This document shows, one piece after another, positions 1-9,342 of a stretch of DNA of 46,557 nt. The translations under genes and the position numbers were made by a program. The stretch is taken from assembly GCA_035279985.1 (NCBI GenBank), contig DATEGR010000067.1:1-46557 (forward strand). The letters run 5' to 3'. The notes below the pieces were generated by a model. It was not told the DNA's origin, did not search any database, and saw only the letters and a program-made list of their open reading frames with translations. The stretch comes from Verrucomicrobiia bacterium (GTDB lineage Bacteria; Verrucomicrobiota; Verrucomicrobiia; Limisphaerales; UBA11358). How positions within the stretch are numbered: the stretch's first letter is position 1; every line of letters begins with the position of its first letter.

Positions 1-258
1 ACCTTCAAGCCCGTTAAAATAACTACTATCTTTTGCACGATAACATGAGATTTCTGCACTGAATTCAGCCGGCCTTCTTTCTACCCGTGAATCATGGGCC
101 TGACGGGCACCCTGGCTTCCCCCTGTGTACCATAAAACCGCGGAGTTGATTCCGTTTATCTCCGCCGTCGAGCGAATAATCCTGAGGGAAACGTCGACAA
201 CTGATTTCCTGGAGGATTGCCGGAAGGCACCCCGAATGGTCCTTTTACCCGGGTCAGC

Positions 259-2835
259 TCATTGGGCGTGAATGGCCATGCTGGCTGATTTCAAGCCATC
301 TGCGACCGCCGTGAGTTTGATGGCTCCGGTCTGTCCGGCTTTGGAGCGAACGATGGTGAGGCAAAGGCCGTTGAAAGCCTTGCGCTCGCGGGAGGGAAAC
401 GAGACCAAATCCGTCGGGTCACCGTTATCGGTAGCCACAATTTCGCCCGGCCCGGAAATTTCGAAATGAATGGTGTTGTTCGCGCGCGGCGCTATCAAGC
501 CATGCTTGTCTTCGACCATCAAGGTGACGAAGGATAAATCCTCGCCGTCAGCGTGAATTTTTTTGCGATCCGGCTGCAAGGCGAGTTTCGCGGCCGGGCC
601 GGTGGTTTGCACCAGGTCGGTTGCCCACGGTCTGCCGTTTTTGTATGCAACCGCCTTGAGCTCGCCCGGTGCGTATTTCACGTCATTCCAACACAGGCGA
701 TATTGGTATTCTTCTTTTTTCTTCAGCCCGAGCGACTTGCCGTTCAGGAACAGTTCGGCTGCATCACCGGAAGTATAAACAAATACGAGGGTAACCTGGC
801 CGGCGCGGTCCGGCCAGTTCCAGCATTGGGGAACAAGGTGCGCCATGGGCAGGTCGGGTCGCCAGCGGGCCTGATACAGGTAAAAACGGTCTTTTTTGAG
901 ACCGGCCAGGTCAACAATCCCGAAATAAGAACTGCGCGAAGGATCGTTATGGGCATCGTAAGGTGTCGGTTCGCCGAGGTAATCGAAACCCGTCCATACG
1001 AACTCGCCGGCCACGAAGGGATTTTCGTCCTGGCCTTTGAATTCGGTGTCCGGGATCGTCGCCCAATATGGGGCGGAGAGGTCATAGGAACTCATTTGAA
1101 AGTCGGACTTGCCATCGTCCTTGTTCGTGCTGACGGGGTAGAAGTACTCACCGCGCGAGCTGATGCAGGAGGCGGTTTCACTGCCAAAGATCGGCAGACC
1201 GGGATTGGCGGCATGGACCTTGGTGTACAGGAAAGGTTTGTAGTTATAGCCGAAAACATCCAGGTTCGTCTGAAAACCGTCAAATCCCGACGCGATGTGA
1301 TCGCATGCGGCGGTGGTCGGGCGCGTCGGGTCTTCCTCGTGCGCAATCCGGGTCAGCTCCGCCGCAATCCGTGGCCCGGCCGGTGTTCCCTGGTCGGGCA
1401 CTTCATTACCAATGCTCCAGAGAATGATGCTGGGATGATTCCGGTCGCGACGCAGTTCCGCGCGCCAGTCCTTTTCATGCCAATCATTGAACAGCAGGTG
1501 ATAATCGTTAGGCCGCTTGCCGCGCTGCCAGCAATCGAATGACTCATCCATCACCAATATCCCCAGGCGGTCGCACAAATCGAGCAATTCCGGGGCCGGC
1601 GGATTATGGCTGGTCCGGATCGCATTGCAGCCCATCTCCTGCAGGATTTGGATTTGACGTTCCAGCGCCCGGTCATTGATGGCCGTGCCGAGCGCGCCCA
1701 GGTCGGCATGGTCGCAAACGCCGTTGAGACGGACATGTTCACCGTTCAGAAAGAAGCCCCGGTTGGGATCGAATTTGATGGTGCGGATGCCAAAAGGAGT
1801 CTCGTCGTGATCCAACAATTTGCCGTCCTGTTCAATGGAAGTGACCACCACATAGCGCTGGGGCTTCGCCAGGCTCCAAAGCAGCGGGTTTTTGACCGTT
1901 GCCTGCGCTTGGATCGTTTGGCGATTGTGCGGCGCAACTTCTATCGCGTCGGTGGCGGTTGAAGCAACGGACTCACCCCGGGTACCGTCGGCCTTGAGTT
2001 CGTAAATATCGTTTTTCACTGACACGGCCGCGACCGCATCAGCATCGTTCTCCACGGAAACCTGTATTCTCACCGTGGCAGTGGAAGAATTGATTTCTGG
2101 CGTGGTGACATAGGTGCCCCAATGTTCCACATGCACGGGTCCGGTCTTCACCAGCCAGACATTGCGGTAAATGCCGCCGCCGGGATACCAGCGCGAGGAA
2201 TCCGGCGGATTGTCCAGACGGATGGCGAGAACATTGTCCGCGCCGGCCTTGACAAATGGCGTCAGGTCAAGTTCCCAGGAAGAATATCCGTAGGGCCAAC
2301 CGCCGACGTATTGGCCATTAAGCCAGACATTCGCGTAAGACATGGCGCCATCCACGGCCAGATAAAGTCGACCACCGTTCCCGGAGGCAGGTAACGTGAA
2401 GTGCTTGCGATACCAGCCGATGCCTTCCCAGGGCAGCTTGCCGGTTGCGCCGGGCGCTGCCTGCTTGAATGGCCCTTCAATGCCCCAGTCGTGGGGAAGA
2501 TTCAGTTGGCGCCAGCCGTTATCATCATATCCGGTTTGGGTGTAGGCGACCTGTTCACCCGGGTTGCCCGGCGGGCGCGTCTCGGGTTGGCCGTCCAACA
2601 CAAACTCATTACCGGTGGCCATCACCCAGGGTTTGATGTTGGTATAACTGAGTTCGTCACCGGTTCCGGGCGGATCGCCCCTGGTAAAACGCCAGCCGGA
2701 GTCGAATAAAAGGCGTTCCCGAACGAGACCGGTTGCGGGAGCAGCAATGGTGAACATATTTAGAGTAAAGAGGCTAACGACAACCAGATGCCTCCAGCCA
2801 GGTTGAGAAAAACTGACGTGAGTTGTTCCTTTCAT
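259..2835 (-). CDS. Glycoside hydrolase family 2 (beta-galactosidase-like), secreted
   Basis: 858-aa ORF. GH2 TIM-barrel motifs NAIRTSHNPPAPELLDLCDRLGILVMDE and NHPSIILWSIGNE (acid/base Glu). Hydrophobic N-terminal signal-like segment LVVVSLFTLNMFTIAAP. Confidence 0.85.
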   Translation of the reverse strand: MKGTTHVSFSQPGWRHLVVVSLFTLNMFTIAAPATGLVRERLLFDSGWRFTRGDPPGTGDELSYTNIKPWVMATGNEFVLDGQPETRPPGNPGEQVAYTQTGYDDNGWRQLNLPHDWGIEGPFKQAAPGATGKLPWEGIGWYRKHFTLPASGNGGRLYLAVDGAMSYANVWLNGQYVGGWPYGYSSWELDLTPFVKAGADNVLAIRLDNPPDSSRWYPGGGIYRNVWLVKTGPVHVEHWGTYVTTPEINSSTATVRIQVSVENDADAVAAVSVKNDIYELKADGTRGESVASTATDAIEVAPHNRQTIQAQATVKNPLLWSLAKPQRYVVVTSIEQDGKLLDHDETPFGIRTIKFDPNRGFFLNGEHVRLNGVCDHADLGALGTAINDRALERQIQILQEMGCNAIRTSHNPPAPELLDLCDRLGILVMDESFDCWQRGKRPNDYHLLFNDWHEKDWRAELRRDRNHPSIILWSIGNEVPDQGTPAGPRIAAELTRIAHEEDPTRPTTAACDHIASGFDGFQTNLDVFGYNYKPFLYTKVHAANPGLPIFGSETASCISSRGEYFYPVSTNKDDGKSDFQMSSYDLSAPYWATIPDTEFKGQDENPFVAGEFVWTGFDYLGEPTPYDAHNDPSRSSYFGIVDLAGLKKDRFYLYQARWRPDLPMAHLVPQCWNWPDRAGQVTLVFVYTSGDAAELFLNGKSLGLKKKEEYQYRLCWNDVKYAPGELKAVAYKNGRPWATDLVQTTGPAAKLALQPDRKKIHADGEDLSFVTLMVEDKHGLIAPRANNTIHFEISGPGEIVATDNGDPTDLVSFPSRERKAFNGLCLTIVRSKAGQTGAIKLTAVADGLKSASMAIHAQ

Positions 2836-2938
2836 AAGTATCGTCTTTTCAAGTTGTTAATTCCGAAGGGAAGGATTCCGTTTCGACAACTTCATGGTGG
2901 CCATTGATTAAATGGCAACCTTTTGGAGGGGTTTTGCA

Positions 2939-2954
2939 TAGCCTCACAAATGTA
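2939..2954 (-). promoter_or_regulatory. Copy C of conserved upstream motif (minus-strand reading TACATTTGTGAGGCTA, followed by TGCAAAA)
   Basis: The plus strand reads TAGCCTCACAAATGTA. Its reverse complement matches the 16-nt core of the 29-nt repeats at 13246 and 14381. It lies in the divergent GH2/GH53 intergenic region, oriented toward the minus-strand GH2 gene about 100 nt downstream. Confidence 0.4.
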
Positions 2955-3126
2955 TGGTTTTGGCACTTTGGTTAATTTCCTGATGCAACAACTTGATTTG
3001 CGGGTGTAACATCGGTCCATGTGCACGGTTTTTTCCGGCCTGGCGGCGCCGAGGTTACGTTATCGGCGACTTCACACATTCACCAGCGCTGCCAAACAAT
3101 ACGACAACCCGGGAATATCAAGGAAG

Positions 3127-4377
3127 ATGAAAATTTCATCTGCAGTTTTGTCCTGGAACAGCATTCCATGGGGCATCTGGATGATCGCCGCAATTCTTAT
3201 GTTCCCGACCACCGGACCTGCGAGTGGCTCCGCTCCTCAAGCGGCGCCCAAGGTCAATCCTTCACCGTTTTATTTAGGCGCGGATATTTCCACCCTCTCG
3301 GAGGTTGATCGGCGCGGCGGAGTTTACATGGACGGCGACAAGCCCGGTGACGCGCTGGCCATTTTTATGAAAAATGGCTGGACGTGTTTTCGTTTGCGGA
3401 TTTGGGTTGATCCCCGCAATGGGGTCAATGGTCTTGAATACACGACAAAACTGGCCAAACGCATCAAGGACGCCGGTGGGACGTTCATGCTTGATTTCCA
3501 TTATTCTGACTGGTGGGCCGATCCACAGAAACAGAACAAGCCCGCCGCGTGGGCGAATCTGGATTTTGACGCGCTGGTCAGACAAACGCAGACCTACACC
3601 GCCCACGTGATCCGGACGTTGAAAGCAGCCGGCGCCACGCCGGATTTCGTACAGATCGGCAACGAAATCACTGGCGGTATGCTATGGCCGGATGGTCAAG
3701 TGAAGGTTCCGCTTTCCACGGTCAAGGTGTTTGGCGGTGACGTGACCGTAATCAAACCGCCGGAACCTTACGACGATGCCAGACAATGGGATCATCTGAT
3801 CCGTCTTTTGAAAGCCGATGCCGAAGGTGTCCGTTCAGCCACGACGCCTGAAGACCACGTCCGAATCGTTGTTCATATTGATTGCGGCGGTGACTGGCCT
3901 GTCACCAGATGGTATTTTGACCATCTTACGCAGGCCGGGGTTGACTATGATGTCATAGGCCAGAGTTATTACCCGAACTGGCATGGCACCCTGGAAAATG
4001 TCCGCGTCAACCTGCGCCATACGATTGAACGGTACCACAAGGACGTGATGATCGTCGAAACCGCATACCCGTCCCGGGATGTTCATCCCTCACCGGATGC
4101 GGCCAGAAATATGGTCTGGCCCATGACACCGGAGGGGCAGGAACGGTTCCTGGCTGATCTCATCCGGGTGGTCAAGCAAGCGCCCGAAGGGCGAGGCATC
4201 GGCGTAAACTACTGGCATCCCGAGGCCACTTTCATTCCGGGTTCCACCAATCGTTGGAGTGGACCGGATGCCAACGCGCTTTTCGATGCCAGGGGCAACC
4301 CGCTTCCCGCCATGAACGTATTAGGCCTGCAACCCGCGATGCGAACAGCGCATGCCGAAACGGTTGAACGACATTAA
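3127..4377 (+). CDS. Glycoside hydrolase family 53 (arabinogalactan endo-beta-1,4-galactanase)
   Basis: GH53 motifs FMLDFHYSDWWADPQKQNKPAAW, QIGNEITGGMLW (acid/base Glu) and MIVETAYP (nucleophile Glu). Start moved from the track's 3019 to the ATG at 3127, which follows AGGAAG and begins a signal peptide (MKISSAVLSWNSIPWGIWMIAAILMF). Confidence 0.85.
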   Translation: MKISSAVLSWNSIPWGIWMIAAILMFPTTGPASGSAPQAAPKVNPSPFYLGADISTLSEVDRRGGVYMDGDKPGDALAIFMKNGWTCFRLRIWVDPRNGVNGLEYTTKLAKRIKDAGGTFMLDFHYSDWWADPQKQNKPAAWANLDFDALVRQTQTYTAHVIRTLKAAGATPDFVQIGNEITGGMLWPDGQVKVPLSTVKVFGGDVTVIKPPEPYDDARQWDHLIRLLKADAEGVRSATTPEDHVRIVVHIDCGGDWPVTRWYFDHLTQAGVDYDVIGQSYYPNWHGTLENVRVNLRHTIERYHKDVMIVETAYPSRDVHPSPDAARNMVWPMTPEGQERFLADLIRVVKQAPEGRGIGVNYWHPEATFIPGSTNRWSGPDANALFDARGNPLPAMNVLGLQPAMRTAHAETVERH

Positions 4378-4494
4378 AAGCAAACAGACATTCTCCGACG
4401 ATGGATCGAACCGTTCCGGCGGAGAACTGGGACCTGAATTATGTGCGGAGTCTTAGGGCGTATTCTCTTCCACCGGCCGGCTCCGGCGTGGCAG

Positions 4495-6723
4495 ATGAAA
4501 ATTCAAACGACCGGATGGATTTTTCTTTTCGCACTACTAACTGCCTCACCGGTGCTTGCCCAGAACGGTGCGCCGCCAGCCGGTGGACAAACACCAGCCA
4601 TCGGGCCGGGCACAAATAACGTAAAGGCTGCGCTGCGTTGGCGGCCTGATTTATTCAGGCGGTTCTTCGGGCCGACCACGCCATTCGAGACACCGGGCAT
4701 CGGGCTTAAGCCGTTTGTCATAGATCATCGCCACGCCACCCACTCGGTCATTGATTTGTCTTTCCTGCTGGATGCGCCCGCGGGCAAGCACGGTTTTATC
4801 CGTGCGCGGGGTGACCAGCTGGTCAAAGGAGACAGCGGGCCGATTCGTTTCTGGGGATTCAACGTTACCGAGTGGAGCCATGGCTCAACCGAGGTTCCCG
4901 CCAAAGCAGATGCGCCCCTGTGGGCGGAGGCGCTGGCGCGCGCCGGCGTGAACATGGTGCGTCTGCAATTTCTTGATCTGGCGGCGCCGCGGGGATTGAT
5001 CGACGGCACCCGCAATGACAGTCAGCACTTCGATCCGGCGCAACTCGACAACGAAGATTTTTTCCTCGCCGAATTAATGAAGCGCGGCATCTACATTGAC
5101 TTCAATCTTAATGTCGGCCGGGCGTTCAAACCGGGAGACAACGTCCCCGCCTTACGGGAAGGGAAAGGCCCGCTGCTTTTCGACAGGCGCCTGATTGAAC
5201 TCGAAAAAGACTACGCCAGACAATTGTTGACCCACGTGAATCCGTATACCAAAAGGGCCTACGTTGATGACCCGGGCGTTGCCATCGTCGAAATCGTAAA
5301 CGAGGATGCCATTGGCGTCGGCTGGAAGGGAAACAAGGCCTATGATGATGAGCTGACCGATCTCTTCAACGGATGGTTGCTCAAAAACGTATCCACCGAA
5401 AAACTGGCCGAGTTCCGCAAAGCGGCCGGGGTCGGCCCCGATCAACCCATTCCCCGCCTCACCGGCCCGGCTGTGCCGAGCGCGGCCCCGGACCGGTATT
5501 ACGCTGAATGCAGGTTCTACTCTGAATTGGAGTCCGGCTTCTTCAAGGAAATGAGTTCCTATTTAAGGGCCGACTTGGGTGTGAAATGCGCGCTGATTGC
5601 CACCGCCGACCACAGTCATTCGGGCAGCGGCTACCCGCTGGAAGCCGACGCGCAACAACTGGATATCATGGACGGTCATGATTACTGGCGGCATCCGGGC
5701 GTCCCGCCTTTCCGGCATAATCCCATGGTAAATGAACCGTTCAATTCGACCGTGGTCGAACTTTCACGAACGGCCATCGCCGGCAAACCGTACACGGTCA
5801 GCGAGGTAAACAATCCGTGGCCCAATCAATTCGATTGCGAAGGAATTCCAATTCTGGCGGCTTATGGCGACTTTCAAGGCTGGAATGGCATCATGTGGTA
5901 TACGTTTGAGCCGAAACGAAATGCCGATTGGCAGCCCGTGCTTACCGACCCGTTCGACATGTCGCACGATCCCGTCAAGATGCCGGAAATGGCGGCCGGG
6001 GCACTGATGTTTCTCCGCGGCGACATCGAGCCGGCGCGAAAGACCGTCGCGCGTTCCTATACACCGCAAGAAGTCAGGGACAGCAGAAGGCTGGCGGGCA
6101 TGGACCGCCCTTACTTTACGCCGGGTTTTCCATTATCCTTGCCGTTGCTACACGCTTCGCGCATCCAATCGCTGGATGGACAGCCCACAGCCCGCATCAC
6201 GGCCGACCTTGCCAGTCCCTGCCGGAGCGACACCGGCCAATTGACCTGGTACACCAACCCGGTTGACAAGGGTCTGGTAACCATTGACAGTCCGTGCTCG
6301 CAGGCGCTGGTTGGTTTCGTCAAAGCCAACGGCAAAAGTGTCAGCAATCTTTCCGCGGATGTCTCAAACACTTTTTGCGCGATCATTCTCAGTTCCCTCG
6401 AGGCCAAACCCATCTCAACGTCAAGCCGGATGCTCCTGGTCACCGGCTCGCGGGTCGAAAATACCGGCATGACTTGGAATGCCGAGAAGTCTCTTCCGGC
6501 CAATTGGGGCGGGACGCCAACGGTGATTGAACCTGTGACCGGCACCATTACGCTGCGCGACCTCGCCCGGGCAAACGCGGTTTCGGCCAGAGCTTTGGAC
6601 GGTTCGGGCCGTCCCATTGGCGACCCGATTATCGCCCAAAAAACCGGCGTGGGTTGGGAGATCGCCGTCGGCCAGATCGTTACACCCTGGTATGAGTTGA
6701 CGGTCGAGCGCAGCCGGAGATGA
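4495..6723 (+). CDS. Secreted TIM-barrel glycoside hydrolase, clan GH-A-like, family not assignable by eye
   Basis: Signal peptide MKIQTTGWIFLFALLTASPVLAQ at the internal ATG 4495 (track start 4441). Clan-A style acid/base segment VAIVEIVNEDAIG and candidate nucleophile segment YTVSEVNNPW. Flanked by GH53 and GH2 genes. Confidence 0.55.
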   Translation: MKIQTTGWIFLFALLTASPVLAQNGAPPAGGQTPAIGPGTNNVKAALRWRPDLFRRFFGPTTPFETPGIGLKPFVIDHRHATHSVIDLSFLLDAPAGKHGFIRARGDQLVKGDSGPIRFWGFNVTEWSHGSTEVPAKADAPLWAEALARAGVNMVRLQFLDLAAPRGLIDGTRNDSQHFDPAQLDNEDFFLAELMKRGIYIDFNLNVGRAFKPGDNVPALREGKGPLLFDRRLIELEKDYARQLLTHVNPYTKRAYVDDPGVAIVEIVNEDAIGVGWKGNKAYDDELTDLFNGWLLKNVSTEKLAEFRKAAGVGPDQPIPRLTGPAVPSAAPDRYYAECRFYSELESGFFKEMSSYLRADLGVKCALIATADHSHSGSGYPLEADAQQLDIMDGHDYWRHPGVPPFRHNPMVNEPFNSTVVELSRTAIAGKPYTVSEVNNPWPNQFDCEGIPILAAYGDFQGWNGIMWYTFEPKRNADWQPVLTDPFDMSHDPVKMPEMAAGALMFLRGDIEPARKTVARSYTPQEVRDSRRLAGMDRPYFTPGFPLSLPLLHASRIQSLDGQPTARITADLASPCRSDTGQLTWYTNPVDKGLVTIDSPCSQALVGFVKANGKSVSNLSADVSNTFCAIILSSLEAKPISTSSRMLLVTGSRVENTGMTWNAEKSLPANWGGTPTVIEPVTGTITLRDLARANAVSARALDGSGRPIGDPIIAQKTGVGWEIAVGQIVTPWYELTVERSRR

Positions 6724-6798
6724 GAACTAAGTCCTATGACACGCTCATGCGAAGCTGATGCAATGGCGTCAGACCCAACCGATTGCCGGAAACTCCCG

Positions 6799-9342
6799 AT
6801 GACTCGGGCAATTTCTTTCCTCACGATCGTTGTCGGTGTTCTGGCCGTACTGTCTGGCAACCCTCCGCTACGAGCCGCCGAGCAGCCCCGCCAGCGGCTC
6901 AGCGCGGACTTTAATTGGAAGTTCATCAAGGGCGACCAACCTGGTGCCGACAAATCTGATTTTGATGACTCGGCCTGGCGCATCGTAAACCTGCCGCACG
7001 ATTGGAGCATTGAAGGGCCTTACACACAATCCGACCCGACTGGCGGTAGCGGCGGCTACCTGCCAACTGGAATCGGTTGGTATCGCCGCACCTTTACCGC
7101 GCCGGAAACCTGGCACGGAAAGAAGGTGTTCGTGGAATTCGACGGGGTCTATATGAACAGCGATGTCTGGATCAACGGCCAGCACCTCGGACATCGGCCG
7201 TCCGGTTACCTCGGTTTTGAATATGACCTCACGCCGTATTTGAATTTTGGCGCAACCAACGTTCTCGCGGTGCGCGTGGACAACTCCCGCCAGCCCAACA
7301 GCCGCTGGTATTCCGGGTCCGGCATCTATCGGCATGTGTGGGTCACGATCTGCGAACCGCTCCATGTCGCGCATTGGGGCACTTATGTGACCACCTCGAT
7401 CGTTTCAACCAACTTGGCAACGGTGCGTATCCGCACGCAGGTTCAAAACGATTTGCCGAAGCGGCGTGAAATCACGTTGGTCAGTCAGGTTGTCACTGCC
7501 GAAGGAACCGTCGTGGCAACGGCTGAATCGAAGAAAAGGATCGCTGCGGGAACGACCCGCACTTTTGACCAGAGCGTCGAGGTGCCCCAACCGGGTCTAT
7601 GGTCGCTCGACTCGCCAAACCTTTACTGCGTTCGCACGCTGGTGAAGACCGCGAACAACGTCATGGATGATTACGAAACCGCCTTTGGCATTCGCGGGAT
7701 TTACTACGATGTCAACCAGGGTTTTCTCCTGAACGGCCAGCGCGTCAAAATGCAGGGCATGTGTCTGCATCAGGATGGCGGTTCGGTTGGAGCAGCGGTG
7801 CCCGTTGGAGTCTGGGAGCGGCGTTTGAAAGAGTTGAAAGACATTGGCTGCAACGCCATTCGCATGAGTCACAATCCCCCTGCGCCGGAAGTGCTTGATC
7901 TGTGCGACCGCATGGGTTTTCTCGTCATGGACGAAGCGTTTGACGAATGGACAATATCGAAGGCACAAGTGCGCCACGGCTATGCAGACTATTTCAAGGA
8001 ATGGTCCCAACGTGATCTGATTGATATGCTGCAGCGCGACCGCAACCATCCCGGCATCGTTATTTGGGGCGTCGGCAACGAAATTCCCGAACAGACCGTC
8101 ACCAACGGCGCTGACATTCTCCGTCCGCTCGTCGAGACTTGCCATCAGGAAGACCCGACGCGTCCCGTTACCGCGGCTTGCGACAACGTTTACACGGATA
8201 CCAAGAGTGCGACACCGGCGTTCCTGAATCTTCTGGACATCGTGGGCTACAATTACGTGGACCGCTGGGGAACCCGGCGAGAGACCTTTTATGACGATGA
8301 CCGACATGCCTTTCCGCAACGAAAGTTCATCGGAACGGAAAGCGTGGTGGTGGGCGCGCGCGGCGATTACTCGCTCACCAATGGTGGCTTTGGCTTTTGG
8401 GGCGATTTCGGAAGTTCTGGTGGTGCTCCCGCCGGAGTCACGATAAGAAGGCCGCCGGCTTATACCATGTCCATGATCCGCGCCGAGCAGCTTTGGAAGT
8501 TTGTTAAAGTCCATGATTACGTCATTGGTGATTTCGGATGGACGGGGATTGATTATCTGGGTGAATCGCGTTGGCCTGGCAAGTTGTCGCCCAGCGGCAT
8601 GCTCGACACCTGCGGGTTTCCCAAGGACAACTACTATTTTTATCAAAGCCAGTGGACGACCAATTTGATGCTGCACCTGTTTCCGCATTGGAATTGGAAA
8701 GGACATGAAGGCCAGGTTATTCCGGTGATTTGCTACACCAGTTGCGACACGGTGGAACTTTTTCTGAACGGAAAAAGTTTTGGCGTCAAGTCGTTGGAAT
8801 TCCCGCGTCAAGGCAATGCCGGGGGTTGGGCCACTTATGCCCGACCGCAACAGCCCACCGGTACCACCGCCGACTTGCATCTGACGTGGGATGTTCCCTA
8901 CGAGTCTGGAACCCTCAAAGCGGTCGGGTACAAATACGGCCAAAAAGTCTGCGAGGAGGAGGTCCATACCACCGGTGATCCGGCCGCCATCGTGATGACC
9001 GCGGACTGTACCAACTTGAATGCCAATGGACGTGATGTCGCCCAGCTGACGGTCAGAATTGTTGATGACCAGGGTTACACCGTGCCGGGAGCCACCAACC
9101 GGGTGTCGTTTGATCTGCAAGGTGCAGCTTCAATGATCGGCGTGGACAACGGCAATCCCATCAGCCATGAAGATTACAAGGCAAAACAAAGACTTGCCTT
9201 CCATGGCCGTTGCCTCGCCATCGTGCAAGCCGGCCGCGAAGCCGGATCGGTTCGCCTCGGCGCCTCGGCGGCGGGGCTCCAGGGAACCACTGTTGAATTG
9301 GAGGTTGGAGTCTCGACAAACTCAGTCCCGGTCCTACCATGA
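6799..9342 (+). CDS. Glycoside hydrolase family 2 (beta-galactosidase-like), secreted
   Basis: Motifs NAIRMSHNPPAPEVLDLCDRMGFLVMDE and NHPGIVIWGVGNE. Paralog of the 259..2835 protein. ATG at 6799 begins the signal peptide MTRAISFLTIVVGVLAVLSG; the track start 6736 remains possible. Confidence 0.85.
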   Translation: MTRAISFLTIVVGVLAVLSGNPPLRAAEQPRQRLSADFNWKFIKGDQPGADKSDFDDSAWRIVNLPHDWSIEGPYTQSDPTGGSGGYLPTGIGWYRRTFTAPETWHGKKVFVEFDGVYMNSDVWINGQHLGHRPSGYLGFEYDLTPYLNFGATNVLAVRVDNSRQPNSRWYSGSGIYRHVWVTICEPLHVAHWGTYVTTSIVSTNLATVRIRTQVQNDLPKRREITLVSQVVTAEGTVVATAESKKRIAAGTTRTFDQSVEVPQPGLWSLDSPNLYCVRTLVKTANNVMDDYETAFGIRGIYYDVNQGFLLNGQRVKMQGMCLHQDGGSVGAAVPVGVWERRLKELKDIGCNAIRMSHNPPAPEVLDLCDRMGFLVMDEAFDEWTISKAQVRHGYADYFKEWSQRDLIDMLQRDRNHPGIVIWGVGNEIPEQTVTNGADILRPLVETCHQEDPTRPVTAACDNVYTDTKSATPAFLNLLDIVGYNYVDRWGTRRETFYDDDRHAFPQRKFIGTESVVVGARGDYSLTNGGFGFWGDFGSSGGAPAGVTIRRPPAYTMSMIRAEQLWKFVKVHDYVIGDFGWTGIDYLGESRWPGKLSPSGMLDTCGFPKDNYYFYQSQWTTNLMLHLFPHWNWKGHEGQVIPVICYTSCDTVELFLNGKSFGVKSLEFPRQGNAGGWATYARPQQPTGTTADLHLTWDVPYESGTLKAVGYKYGQKVCEEEVHTTGDPAAIVMTADCTNLNANGRDVAQLTVRIVDDQGYTVPGATNRVSFDLQGAASMIGVDNGNPISHEDYKAKQRLAFHGRCLAIVQAGREAGSVRLGASAAGLQGTTVELEVGVSTNSVPVLP

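Noticed and set aside
1-258. Possible truncated gene at the left edge
   Set aside because: All three forward frames hit stop codons within the first ~50 nt. The minus-strand ATGs I checked terminate after a few codons. Treated as non-coding.
553-1542. 329-aa plus-strand ORF, together with several shorter ORFs, overlapping the GH2 gene at 259..2835
   Set aside because: It lies antisense to a protein with clear GH2 motifs. It is Arg/Gly/Val-rich with no recognisable motifs, as expected from GC-rich antisense frames.
3019-3126. N-terminal extensions of track ORFs, here and at 4441, 18206, 22648, 26064, 26659, 28005, 42313 and 44934
   Set aside because: The extensions overlap upstream genes or intergenic repeats. 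Each is followed by an internal ATG that begins a signal peptide or the conserved family N-terminus, several with an ATGA overlap or a Shine-Dalgarno-like sequence.
7597-9120. 507-aa minus-strand ORF
   Set aside because: It is fully antisense to the second GH2 gene and has no domain signatures. The forward frame carries the catalytic motifs.
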